From Terriglobia bacterium (GTDB lineage Bacteria > Acidobacteriota > Terriglobia > Terriglobales > Acidobacteriaceae), in NCBI GenBank assembly GCA_032252755.1, contig JAVUPY010000094.1, positions 65,181 through 89,180 on the forward strand: a stretch of 24,000 bases of DNA, written 5' to 3'. A program made the position numbers and the translations under genes. The notes below the pieces were generated by a model. That model was not told the origin of the DNA and searched no databases. It saw only the letters and a list, made by a program, of their open reading frames with translations. Positions 16,808-24,000 of the stretch are shown here, one piece after another (position 1 is the first letter of the stretch; every line of letters starts with the position of its first letter).

Positions 16808-17579
16808 CGCTCCTTTCGCGTCGTCCAGTAGAAGCGCTGGCGAGTCGTTCTGCGATAACACGGTAAACCGCCGGGTTGAACGCCAAGCCGCTGTGGGTTC
16901 CGGAAACCTCGACATCCACGCTTGGGTCTCCGGTTCTGCAACTCGTCCATTCCACCAGGCCGTCATCTCGAGTGTAGACAGCAGTCAGCGGTAGTTTCGA
17001 TGGAAATGGCTGACGCAATGACTTCATGAATGCGCAGGGGCATTCCGCGGTGAGGCATTGTGGCCTCACACGCTCGGCCCGGTTGGCAATCAGGTACTTC
17101 CGGACAACTTCCGCGCTCTGAAAAATCCTTTTGCGAACGACTGTTTGCCGGACGGGAGATCCCAGCGTGATAACCGAAGCTATATCGTTTCGCTGCGTTG
17201 CGATCGAACGCGCGATCGCCCCGCCAAGACTGTGCCCGATCAGGTGGACTTTTCGCCCAGTCACTCTGGCAGCATCGGTAATGACCGGTTCCACGATCTC
17301 TGAAATCAGGAGATTGGGGCAGCTCGCATTGAAGCCGATTCCGGAATACGTCGGAGAATATCCCAACCGCTTCAGCCATGCATACATCACGATCAGGTAC
17401 GTATCGCCGTGTAGAAATCCGGGTATCAGGACAACTGCCGATCCGTCTCCTGGCGGCACCCCTGCTCCGTAATACACGGGTGAACCCAGCAACAGCACCA
17501 GTTCTACCGCATACAGCGATTCATGCCACTCCGGGTTGAGGGCTTCGCCGCGGTAACTATTCTCCTTCTTTTGCGACAT
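16797..17579 (-). CDS. alpha/beta-fold hydrolase (lipase/esterase-like), paralogue 2, last gene of the HMGR-WS/DGAT operon
   Basis: GHSLGG, VVLIPGFLHG, YTRDDGLVEW and SGTHSGLAFN. It starts 9 nt after the WS/DGAT stop. Its 3' end overlaps the phaR 3' end by 11 nt. Confidence 0.85.
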   Translation of the reverse strand: MSQKKENSYRGEALNPEWHESLYAVELVLLLGSPVYYGAGVPPGDGSAVVLIPGFLHGDTYLIVMYAWLKRLGYSPTYSGIGFNASCPNLLISEIVEPVITDAARVTGRKVHLIGHSLGGAIARSIATQRNDIASVITLGSPVRQTVVRKRIFQSAEVVRKYLIANRAERVRPQCLTAECPCAFMKSLRQPFPSKLPLTAVYTRDDGLVEWTSCRTGDPSVDVEVSGTHSGLAFNPAVYRVIAERLASASTGRRERSAIA

Positions 17580-17588
17580 AGTAATCTC

Positions 17589-19166
17589 TTATGCCGCTGT
17601 TGACGTCACTCCCGCGGCTGCAGCTCTTGCCATCGGCTTTGGCTTCGAGCCAATCCGATCGGTCTGCGCTTCGAGCGGAGTGGCCGCGACACGCCGAGAC
17701 TTTGTGTTGCGTGAGCGCTGCCTGCGGACTCCTGCTGCGCGGAGCAACTCCGCGACGCTCTCATCAACGAACTTCGGCAGCTTTTCCAGGTCCGGTGCGG
17801 CCTTTGCATCCCCGGTAAATCCGAAGTACACCATTCCGTTATACGAAAGCACTGCGCAGTTGATGCCCATCTCCCCGCCGATGGGAACATAGGGATAAGC
17901 CTTGAGCATTTCATGTCCGAGCAGATAAAGCGGCTGTCTCGGTCCGGGCACATTGGTACAAATCGTATTGCAGACACTGATGGGTAGCTCACTGATGATG
18001 GGCGCGAGCATAGCCTGCAGGACGGTCGGAATCGTACCGAGGAGCGTACCGGCAAACGACACGAACTCAGCTATGCGCGCTGTCTTTACGAATTCCATCC
18101 GCTGATGAATGGCGCTGAGCAGTTTCTTGGGAGTACGAATTCCCAGTGGAGCGGAAAATGGCGCGAATGTAATGTGATTTCCTAATCCGTCCGACTGATG
18201 TCTGCGCGTGCTCATCGGCACGACGATACGAATAGAGCGGCCGCGTGGATTCACCCCATGCAATTCGCTGTAACGCCGGAATGCCGCGGTGAGGACAGTG
18301 AGGATGGCATCGTTGACCGAGGCGCCGCACTTGCTGCGCAAAGCCTTTAAATATTCCAAACGAGTCTCGGTCCATTCGAAGCGCTGGGGCCCACGGCAGA
18401 GTACGTTGAAGGGCAACCGCTGAGGCACTTCCGCCAATTCGGCCGCAACGCGCACGATCTGGTCTTGCCCGGGCTTGCGTAAGTTGTTCGCAGCCTCAGC
18501 TTCGGCGGCGCCATTCTCTGAGATCCCCATGGCGCGCTGGAACATCGTGAGTACTCCGCTCCCGGCCTGCAGCAACCGCTCCAACGTCGAGAACCAGGAC
18601 TGGATTGCGGAATTGACCGTATCCGTCCCATTGCCGTTAACGGCAGGGCGGGGCACACGAACTTTAGGGCGCGTAAAAACCGGTGCCGTTGGAGATGTAT
18701 CCATCAAAACGTTGATCAGTCCCATGCCTGAAATGCCATCAGCCAGGCAGTGGTGTACACGTGCGATCATTGCCGTGCGGTTACCCTTAAGGCCGCGGAT
18801 CAGGGTCAGGTCCCATAACGGATGCTTTCGGTCCATATTGGGGCTGAGCACATTCGCCGTAACGTCTTTGAGTTCCGCAACCGTCCCACGCCTCAGCCGA
18901 ATCTCGTGGATGTGCCGCTCCAACCGGAAGTCAGTCGCAAACTCCCAATATGGCATGCCTACGTTCAGCGGCGGGACAACCACTCGTTGCATGTAGCGAG
19001 GGATCTGGCTGAGCTTCGAGGCGACCAGGTTGCGAAGATACGCGGCGGAGATTTCGCCGTCGAAAACTGCCAGCGAGGCAATATTAAGGGGAGCACCGTT
19101 GCGTTCGAGATAAAGAAACAGCGAGTCGCCAAACGATAAATATTCGCACTCGTGAGTCATGGGCAT
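17589..19166 (-). CDS. wax ester synthase / acyl-CoA:diacylglycerol acyltransferase (WS/DGAT family)
   Basis: Catalytic HHxxxDG motif present as ARVHHCLADGISG. The ~520-aa length and the N-terminal PLNIASLAVFDG plus C-terminal NxxxTNVPGP (ICTNVPGPRQPLYL) are typical of the family. The start may be 19166 or 19160. Confidence 0.9.
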   Translation of the reverse strand: MPMTHECEYLSFGDSLFLYLERNGAPLNIASLAVFDGEISAAYLRNLVASKLSQIPRYMQRVVVPPLNVGMPYWEFATDFRLERHIHEIRLRRGTVAELKDVTANVLSPNMDRKHPLWDLTLIRGLKGNRTAMIARVHHCLADGISGMGLINVLMDTSPTAPVFTRPKVRVPRPAVNGNGTDTVNSAIQSWFSTLERLLQAGSGVLTMFQRAMGISENGAAEAEAANNLRKPGQDQIVRVAAELAEVPQRLPFNVLCRGPQRFEWTETRLEYLKALRSKCGASVNDAILTVLTAAFRRYSELHGVNPRGRSIRIVVPMSTRRHQSDGLGNHITFAPFSAPLGIRTPKKLLSAIHQRMEFVKTARIAEFVSFAGTLLGTIPTVLQAMLAPIISELPISVCNTICTNVPGPRQPLYLLGHEMLKAYPYVPIGGEMGINCAVLSYNGMVYFGFTGDAKAAPDLEKLPKFVDESVAELLRAAGVRRQRSRNTKSRRVAATPLEAQTDRIGSKPKPMARAAAAGVTSTAA

Positions 19167-19174
19167 GTACCCTC

Positions 19175-20368
19175 TTACCTTCGGTTGCGCCCGAGTCGTT
19201 CGTGGGAGGAAACCCAGTCACCGTGAAGGATGGCAGCGACCAGCGAAATCTCGCCGGCGAGCACGACCGCGGCACAGATTTCCGCAAATTTGTTTACCTT
19301 GCCGTCACCGTAGCAACCCATCATCTCCAAACACTGTCTCTGGGTCGCCAATCCCGTGCCGCCGCCGAATGTGCCGACGATCAGCGAGGGAAGCGTAATA
19401 GACCAGTAAAAATCACCGTTTTCGAGAGCCTGCGTATACGTGAGCGATGAGTGTGATTCCGCTATGTTGGCGACGTCCTGGCCGGTCGCAATGAAAAGCG
19501 CAGCCAGTCCGTTTGCGGCGTGCGCACCAGTGCTGGATGATCCGGCTAAAAAAGCGCCCGAGATCTGAACCTCGCGAATCTTGCAGATCTCTTCGGTCTC
19601 GATGTGGAGGTACCGCCTGAGCAACTGTCCAGGAATAACGGCTTCCGCTACCACTCGTTTGCCACGCGTAAGCAGCATATTCAAATGCGAGTGCTTTTTG
19701 TCGGTGTCTATGTTTCCGCTGAGATAGTAAGAGGTGCGGAATGGACAGTTATCGCGAATCCATTCACAGGCCGCCTGCGTCGCCTTGCCTGTCATATTCT
19801 GACCAGCCGCATCTCCAGTCGTGTAATTGAAGCGCAGGTAGCGTACAGGCCCAACCGCGAACTGCTCGATCCTGATCAGTTTCCCGACTCGAGTCGTCGC
19901 TTCTGCCTCACGCTTGATATGCTCATAGTGCTCTTCGACCCATCGCCCGAAAGATCTTGCCAGGCGCGCGTTTCCAAGCAGGAAGGCGGGCGCGCGCTGC
20001 ATCGCATCATCCACTACAGTCGTTCGGACACCCCCGGACTCGCTGAGCACCCGCATGCCGCGGTTGTAGCTTGAGACCACCGTGCCCTCGGTGGTCGCCA
20101 GGGGGATGAAGAACTCGCCTTCGGCATACTCACCGTGAATTTGAAGTGGCCCGGCTACTCCTATCGGCACTTGTGCTACACCAATGAAGTTTTCGATATT
20201 TCCAGGGAGAATTGCGGGATCGAAAGAGTAGTGCGCGAGGTGAGTGAGATCGACGCCAGTGCTTTCCAGGATGAATCCACGTCGCATCGCGGCCATTTCA
20301 TGTGTGTAATCGTTGACCCGGGAGCGCGGAATAGTGATCCTCGGTTCGTCTTGGAGATCGGTGGCCAT
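19175..20368 (-). CDS. HMG-CoA reductase homologue (class I-type catalytic domain, soluble, ~397 aa)
   Basis: NIENFIGVAQVPIGVAGPL, PLATTEGTVVSS, TGDAAGQNM (cf. DAMGxNM), GTFGGGT (cf. GTVGGGT), and a C-terminal SSHE catalytic-His region. I chose the ATG at 20368 (MATDLQ), which has GGAGGG 9 nt upstream. The stop lies 8 nt before the WS/DGAT start. Confidence 0.85.
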   Translation of the reverse strand: MATDLQDEPRITIPRSRVNDYTHEMAAMRRGFILESTGVDLTHLAHYSFDPAILPGNIENFIGVAQVPIGVAGPLQIHGEYAEGEFFIPLATTEGTVVSSYNRGMRVLSESGGVRTTVVDDAMQRAPAFLLGNARLARSFGRWVEEHYEHIKREAEATTRVGKLIRIEQFAVGPVRYLRFNYTTGDAAGQNMTGKATQAACEWIRDNCPFRTSYYLSGNIDTDKKHSHLNMLLTRGKRVVAEAVIPGQLLRRYLHIETEEICKIREVQISGAFLAGSSSTGAHAANGLAALFIATGQDVANIAESHSSLTYTQALENGDFYWSITLPSLIVGTFGGGTGLATQRQCLEMMGCYGDGKVNKFAEICAAVVLAGEISLVAAILHGDWVSSHERLGRNRR

Positions 20369-20513
20369 TGGGGAACCCTCCGAAGATGTGGTTCGCAACA
20401 AATCCATCGGCCCAGAGCAGCCTGTGGAGTCGCATGCGGGCACACAAGCTCCAAGAGCAGGGCCTGCCGAGAACAGAAGACAATCCGGTAAAAGCGTAGT
20501 ACGTTTCACACGA

Positions 20514-20523
20514 TGCGAAGCAG
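20514..20523. promoter_or_regulatory. TGC-gaa-GCAG box (PhaR half-consensus) in the divergent region between the HMGR operon and the 138-aa gene
   Basis: aTGCgaaGCAGat. It is nested in local inverted repeats GCAGAT-N11-ATCTGC and CGTGA-N6-TCACG (minus-strand reading). Confidence 0.25.
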
Positions 20524-20570
20524 ATTTATTTGCGTGATCTGCGTCACGTTTCGCATTTTGGCGCGAGGCC

Positions 20571-20987
20571 ATGATGAAAAAACTTACACAGGTCGAACAG
20601 GCGCGTGCACTGATGGCCGAAGCTCTTGACTGGTCCGTCATGAGGTGGTTGAGCGAGAAGAAGCGAGTCCGGAAAGCCGCCGACCAAGCAAATGACTTGT
20701 TGAATGATGCCGAAGCGGAGATTCGCAAAAAGTGGAGTCCGGAATTCAGATCCATCTACGAAGAATCAGGATTCGCGTCTCCCGAAATGAAGCGCCTCGC
20801 CAGCAGAATTCGGCGCGAGCATGATGCCGCAACCCGGTTCAGAGTCGAGGCCGAAAAAACCTTCGATGCGGCAGAGAAGAGACTGAGCACGGCCATGGCC
20901 CGCGAAGGATGCCGGCAAGCCATCGAAGGGTGGGACCATCACCTCGAAGCCATTCGTCTGGCGGAAACCGCACTTGAAGCTGACTAG
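20571..20987 (+). CDS. hypothetical all-helical protein (138 aa)
   Basis: ATGATG start with GAGG just upstream. Charged, helix-prone sequence. Divergent from the HMGR operon. No family recognised. Confidence 0.5.
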   Translation: MMKKLTQVEQARALMAEALDWSVMRWLSEKKRVRKAADQANDLLNDAEAEIRKKWSPEFRSIYEESGFASPEMKRLASRIRREHDAATRFRVEAEKTFDAAEKRLSTAMAREGCRQAIEGWDHHLEAIRLAETALEAD

Positions 20988-20994
20988 CAGTTGA

Positions 20995-21711
20995 TCACGC
21001 TTGCGCAGGGTTGCGACTTGCGAGCAGTGTTTCTACTCTTTCCCACTGCTCCGTCGTATCCAGATCGCAGGATTCGTCTTGCGGAGATACGATTCCGGCC
21101 ATCTTCTCCCCATACAACGAATTCGTCGTAAGCAATACCTGCGTGCTTACGACAAACACATTGCCATCGCGATGGAACGCTGTTGGAAGAAGTTGACGAG
21201 AGGTGATCGGCTCTCTTTCTCCGGTACTGATCTTCAGGAAATTCTGTTCATTCGGGAAATAGACCCAGTGCGGGTTGAACTCTGTGGGTACCGGGCGCAC
21301 GGAGACGACACTGTCCGCGCCGGAGTCCCAGAGGGCCGCGACGCAACGACGAATTGTTTCCGCACTCCTCAGTGGGCTGGTCGGCTGCAGCAGGCATATG
21401 GCTTCGAACTCACGCCGCTCAGCTGCGAGCGTAATAACCGCATGCCGAACGACGTCGAGCATCGGCGTTTCGTCGCGAGCGAGTTCAACGGGGCGCATGA
21501 AGGGGACTTCCAGGCCGCACTTTCCGCCAATTTCAGCAATCTCCGAATCATCGGTACTGAGCACGAGACTCGTGAGGCACCCAGCCTCGCGAGCCGCTCT
21601 GGCGGTGTACTCGAGCAAGTACAGGGAACCGAGTTTGCGAGCATTCTTCCGCGGAATTCCCTTGGAACCACCGCGTGCGGGGACCAGCCCCAGTACTCGT
21701 CTGGATACCAT
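20995..21711 (-). CDS. neuA: acylneuraminate cytidylyltransferase (CMP-sialic/nonulosonic acid synthetase)
   Basis: N-terminal LVPARGGSKGIPRKN motif, then LLQPTSPLR. Length ~238 aa. Adjacent to neuB and neuC. Confidence 0.85.
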   Translation of the reverse strand: MVSRRVLGLVPARGGSKGIPRKNARKLGSLYLLEYTARAAREAGCLTSLVLSTDDSEIAEIGGKCGLEVPFMRPVELARDETPMLDVVRHAVITLAAERREFEAICLLQPTSPLRSAETIRRCVAALWDSGADSVVSVRPVPTEFNPHWVYFPNEQNFLKISTGEREPITSRQLLPTAFHRDGNVFVVSTQVLLTTNSLYGEKMAGIVSPQDESCDLDTTEQWERVETLLASRNPAQA

Positions 21712-21803
21712 TCAGGGAGAAGCTAACATATTCCCTATCCCTTGCAACAGATTCGCCGAAGTTCTGTGGTATACAAAGCGTGGGAAGTTACTCAAGACAC
21801 ACC

Positions 21804-22856
21804 ATGATCAGCATACTTGGGCGAAAAATTGGGCCTACAGAACGCCCCTTTGTCATCGCGGAAATCGGTATCAATCACGAAGGCAGCGTCACAAAGGCCG
21901 AACAGACGGTTGACGCTGCTGCGCGGGCCGGATGCGAGTGTGTGAAGTTCCAGGCGCACGTGATCGAAGACGAAATGATCCCGAACGAAGTGATTCCGGG
22001 CAATGCAAAGGAGAGCATTTGGGAGATCATGAGGCGTTGCGCCCTCACGGAAGACGAGGACGCGAGATTGAAGAAGCGCGCCGAAGATGCGGGCATGATC
22101 TACCTCTCAACCCCGTTCTCCCGGGCCGCCGCCGACAGGCTGGAAAGATTGGGAGTCGCGGCTTACAAGATCGGCTCTGGCGAATGCAACAATTATCCCT
22201 TGATTAAGCACATCGCCGCGTTTGGGAAGCCGGTCATCCTCAGTACGGGCATGAATGACCTTGGCTCAATTGACCCGGCGGTGGCGCTCCTCCGGCAATA
22301 CTCCATACCGTTTGCGCTCTTGCACTGTACCTCGATGTATCCGACGCCTTATAAGAAGATGCGGCTGGGAGCTTTGCACGATCTGAAGGAGAGATTTCCG
22401 GACGCGGTGCTGGGACTAAGCGATCACTCATTAGGTAATTACACTTGCTACGCAGCGGTTGCACTAGGGGCTTCCATCGTTGAGAAACATTTCACTGCCG
22501 ACAAGAAGTGGCCTGGGCCCGACGTGCCGATTTCGATCGACGAAGAAGAACTTCGAGAATTAGTAGAAGGAACGGCGGCAGTTCATGCTGCACTCGGTGG
22601 CAAGAAGACGATCCTGCCAGAAGAGCAGCCGACCATCGATTTCGCCTATGCATGCGTTGTCACTCTAAGGGATATTGCTGCAGGAGAGGTCCTCTCGCCG
22701 GACAACATCTGGGTGAAGCGTCCCGGAACCGGGGAGATCAAGGCGAGAGACTATCAGTCGTTACTGGGAGTGCGAGTGAAGTCTTCGGTAAAAAAGAACA
22801 GCCAATTAAAGTGGAGCGATCTGGAATGCGGAGCTTCGGCAAAAGCCGAAAGATAA
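21804..22856 (+). CDS. neuB: N-acetylneuraminate (nonulosonate) synthase with C-terminal SAF domain
   Basis: PFVIAEIGINHEGS, VKFQ, YKIGSGECNNYPLI, LLHCTSMYPTP and LSDHSLG. ATG at 21804 (MISILGRKIG). The upstream part of the tracked ORF is rejected. Confidence 0.9.
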   Translation: MISILGRKIGPTERPFVIAEIGINHEGSVTKAEQTVDAAARAGCECVKFQAHVIEDEMIPNEVIPGNAKESIWEIMRRCALTEDEDARLKKRAEDAGMIYLSTPFSRAAADRLERLGVAAYKIGSGECNNYPLIKHIAAFGKPVILSTGMNDLGSIDPAVALLRQYSIPFALLHCTSMYPTPYKKMRLGALHDLKERFPDAVLGLSDHSLGNYTCYAAVALGASIVEKHFTADKKWPGPDVPISIDEEELRELVEGTAAVHAALGGKKTILPEEQPTIDFAYACVVTLRDIAAGEVLSPDNIWVKRPGTGEIKARDYQSLLGVRVKSSVKKNSQLKWSDLECGASAKAER

Positions 22857-24000
22857 CTTTCCTCACGGCGACCCGCGCCGATTTCGGCAAGCTAAAACCG
22901 CTGATTGCGAAGGTGGCCGGCACTTCTCGCTACGATTACGATATCTTCGCCACCGGCATGCACATGTTGTCGCGGTACGGATCTACTCTGGGGGAGATAT
23001 ATAAGAGCGGTTTTAAGAACGTTTACCCCTACACGAACCAGGATGGCTCGGTAACCTCGCAGATGGACCTTGTGTTAGCCAATACAGTTCACGGACTAGG
23101 GCTACACATACGGGAGCAGAGACCTGATCTGCTGGTGGTGCATGGTGATCGGGTCGAAGCCCTCGCAGGTGCGATCGTAGGTGTGCTGAACAATATCCAC
23201 GTCGCCCATATAGAAGGTGGCGAACTTTCGGGAACGGTTGATGAGGTGCTCCGGCACGCCGTAACAAAGCTGTCACACGTTCATTTCGTTGCAAATCAAC
23301 AGGCGGCGGCTCGTCTTCAGCAGTTAGGTGAGCGACCCTCCTCGATCTTCGTTATCGGATCGCCGGACATCGACGTAATGTTTTCCGAAAACCTGCCCAA
23401 GCTCGAAGACGTCAAGGAAAGATATGCGATTGGGTTCGACGAGTACGCCATTTTCATTTATCACCCCGTGACAACGGAGCATGACAGCTTACGAACCAAT
23501 ATCCGAGAAACGATTGCAGCGTTGCTCGAGAGCGGAAAGAACTTTGTCGTAATTCAGCCAAACAATGATTACGGGGCTGACATCATCCAGGAAGAGATCT
23601 CACCACTCGCAAGTAATCCGCGGTTCCGGTTGTTGCCATCAATGCGGTTTGAGTACTTTCTGTGCCTCTTGAAGCACTCGCGGTTCATGGCGGGGAATTC
23701 CAGCGCAGGAATAAGGGAAGCACCGGGGTATGGTGTTCCGACATTGAACATCGGCAGCAGGCAGTCGAATCGGTGGCATCATGTTTCCATCGTGAATGTT
23801 CCGGAGAACCGCACCGCCATTCTCGACGGATTGAAGCGGCTTCCCACGAAAGTCTCCCCTGTGGCCCACTTCGGCGACGGACGTTCGGCAGATCGCTTCC
23901 TCGCAATTCTTGACGAGCCATTGATCTGGGAAACTCCCACTCAGAAGTTGTTCCAGGATATGCCCGCTGCGGCGTTCTCCACGTCCGCTGAGAGAGCATA
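22826..24000 (+). CDS. neuC: UDP-N-acetylglucosamine 2-epimerase (hydrolysing), NeuC-type; 3' end runs off the window
   Basis: Hand-translated and absent from the ORF track because no stop is reached. Sequence: MRSFGKSRKITFLTATRADFGKLKPLI..., DLLVVHGDRVEALAGA, VAHIEGGELSGTVDE, GNSSAGIREAPGYGVPTLNIGSRQ. The frame is open for 391 codons to the window edge. It overlaps the neuB 3' end by 31 nt. Confidence 0.85.
   Translation, partial: MRSFGKSRKITFLTATRADFGKLKPLIAKVAGTSRYDYDIFATGMHMLSRYGSTLGEIYKSGFKNVYPYTNQDGSVTSQMDLVLANTVHGLGLHIREQRPDLLVVHGDRVEALAGAIVGVLNNIHVAHIEGGELSGTVDEVLRHAVTKLSHVHFVANQQAAARLQQLGERPSSIFVIGSPDIDVMFSENLPKLEDVKERYAIGFDEYAIFIYHPVTTEHDSLRTNIRETIAALLESGKNFVVIQPNNDYGADIIQEEISPLASNPRFRLLPSMRFEYFLCLLKHSRFMAGNSSAGIREAPGYGVPTLNIGSRQSNRWHHVSIVNVPENRTAILDGLKRLPTKVSPVAHFGDGRSADRFLAILDEPLIWETPTQKLFQDMPAAAFSTSAERA

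Noticed and set aside
14299-17579. Possibility that the two alpha/beta hydrolases are PHA synthases (PhaC), completing a normal PHA locus
   Set aside because: The lipase box is G-H-S-L-G-G with Ser, not the Cys required by PHA synthases. The proteins are ~260 aa, far shorter than any PhaC class. A role as PHA depolymerases cannot be excluded from sequence alone.
20369-20755. N-terminal 129-aa extension of the HMGR ORF (526 aa as tracked)
   Set aside because: The extension has no HMGR similarity and overlaps the divergent 138-aa gene. The internal ATG at 20368 has a GGAGGG RBS and matches the usual start of soluble class I catalytic domains.
21001-21726. 241-aa plus-strand ORF, together with 21275-21913 and the 21675-21803 leader part of the neuB ORF
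   Set aside because: These are antisense shadows of neuA or upstream read-in. They have no motifs. The neuB homology begins at MISILGRK (21804).

Overview
High-GC bacterial chromosomal window. The gene content and protein style suggest a soil Acidobacteriota-like organism, but I cannot verify this. I saw no rRNA, tRNA, CRISPR array, transposase or integrase.

Positions 1-13.4 kb are housekeeping. They hold a COG1579 zinc-ribbon coiled-coil protein, a secreted TPR protein, an RlmI-like rRNA methyltransferase, and the conserved minus-strand run rplU-rpmA-obg-nadD-rsfS. A sensor-less sigma54 enhancer-binding protein starts 3 nt after the rsfS stop. Next come an unknown membrane protein, a divergent glutamine-synthetase-like gene, an M50 (site-2) metalloprotease and rpmE.

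Positions 13.9-21 kb are the most interesting part. They look like a carbon-storage locus built on the logic of a PHA locus. A clear PhaR repressor is divergently paired with a 306-aa phasin-like protein made of six ~45-aa repeats, and a perfect TGCTGC-N3-GCAGCA palindrome lies between its -10 and RBS. However, the enzymes are not PHA enzymes. A tightly packed operon encodes a class-I-type HMG-CoA-reductase homologue, a wax-ester synthase/DGAT (HHxxxDG motif) and an alpha/beta hydrolase. A second paralogous hydrolase lies on the other side of the phasin-like gene. No phaC, phaA or phaB and no canonical fatty acyl-CoA reductase is present in the window.

Positions 21-24 kb hold a nonulosonic (sialic-type) acid cluster: neuA, neuB and neuC. 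neuC runs off the 3' edge and is missing from the supplied ORF track.

Several ribosome-associated proteins carry unusual Lys/Ala/Arg-rich C-terminal tails. All family calls come from motif recognition by eye and none is database-verified.
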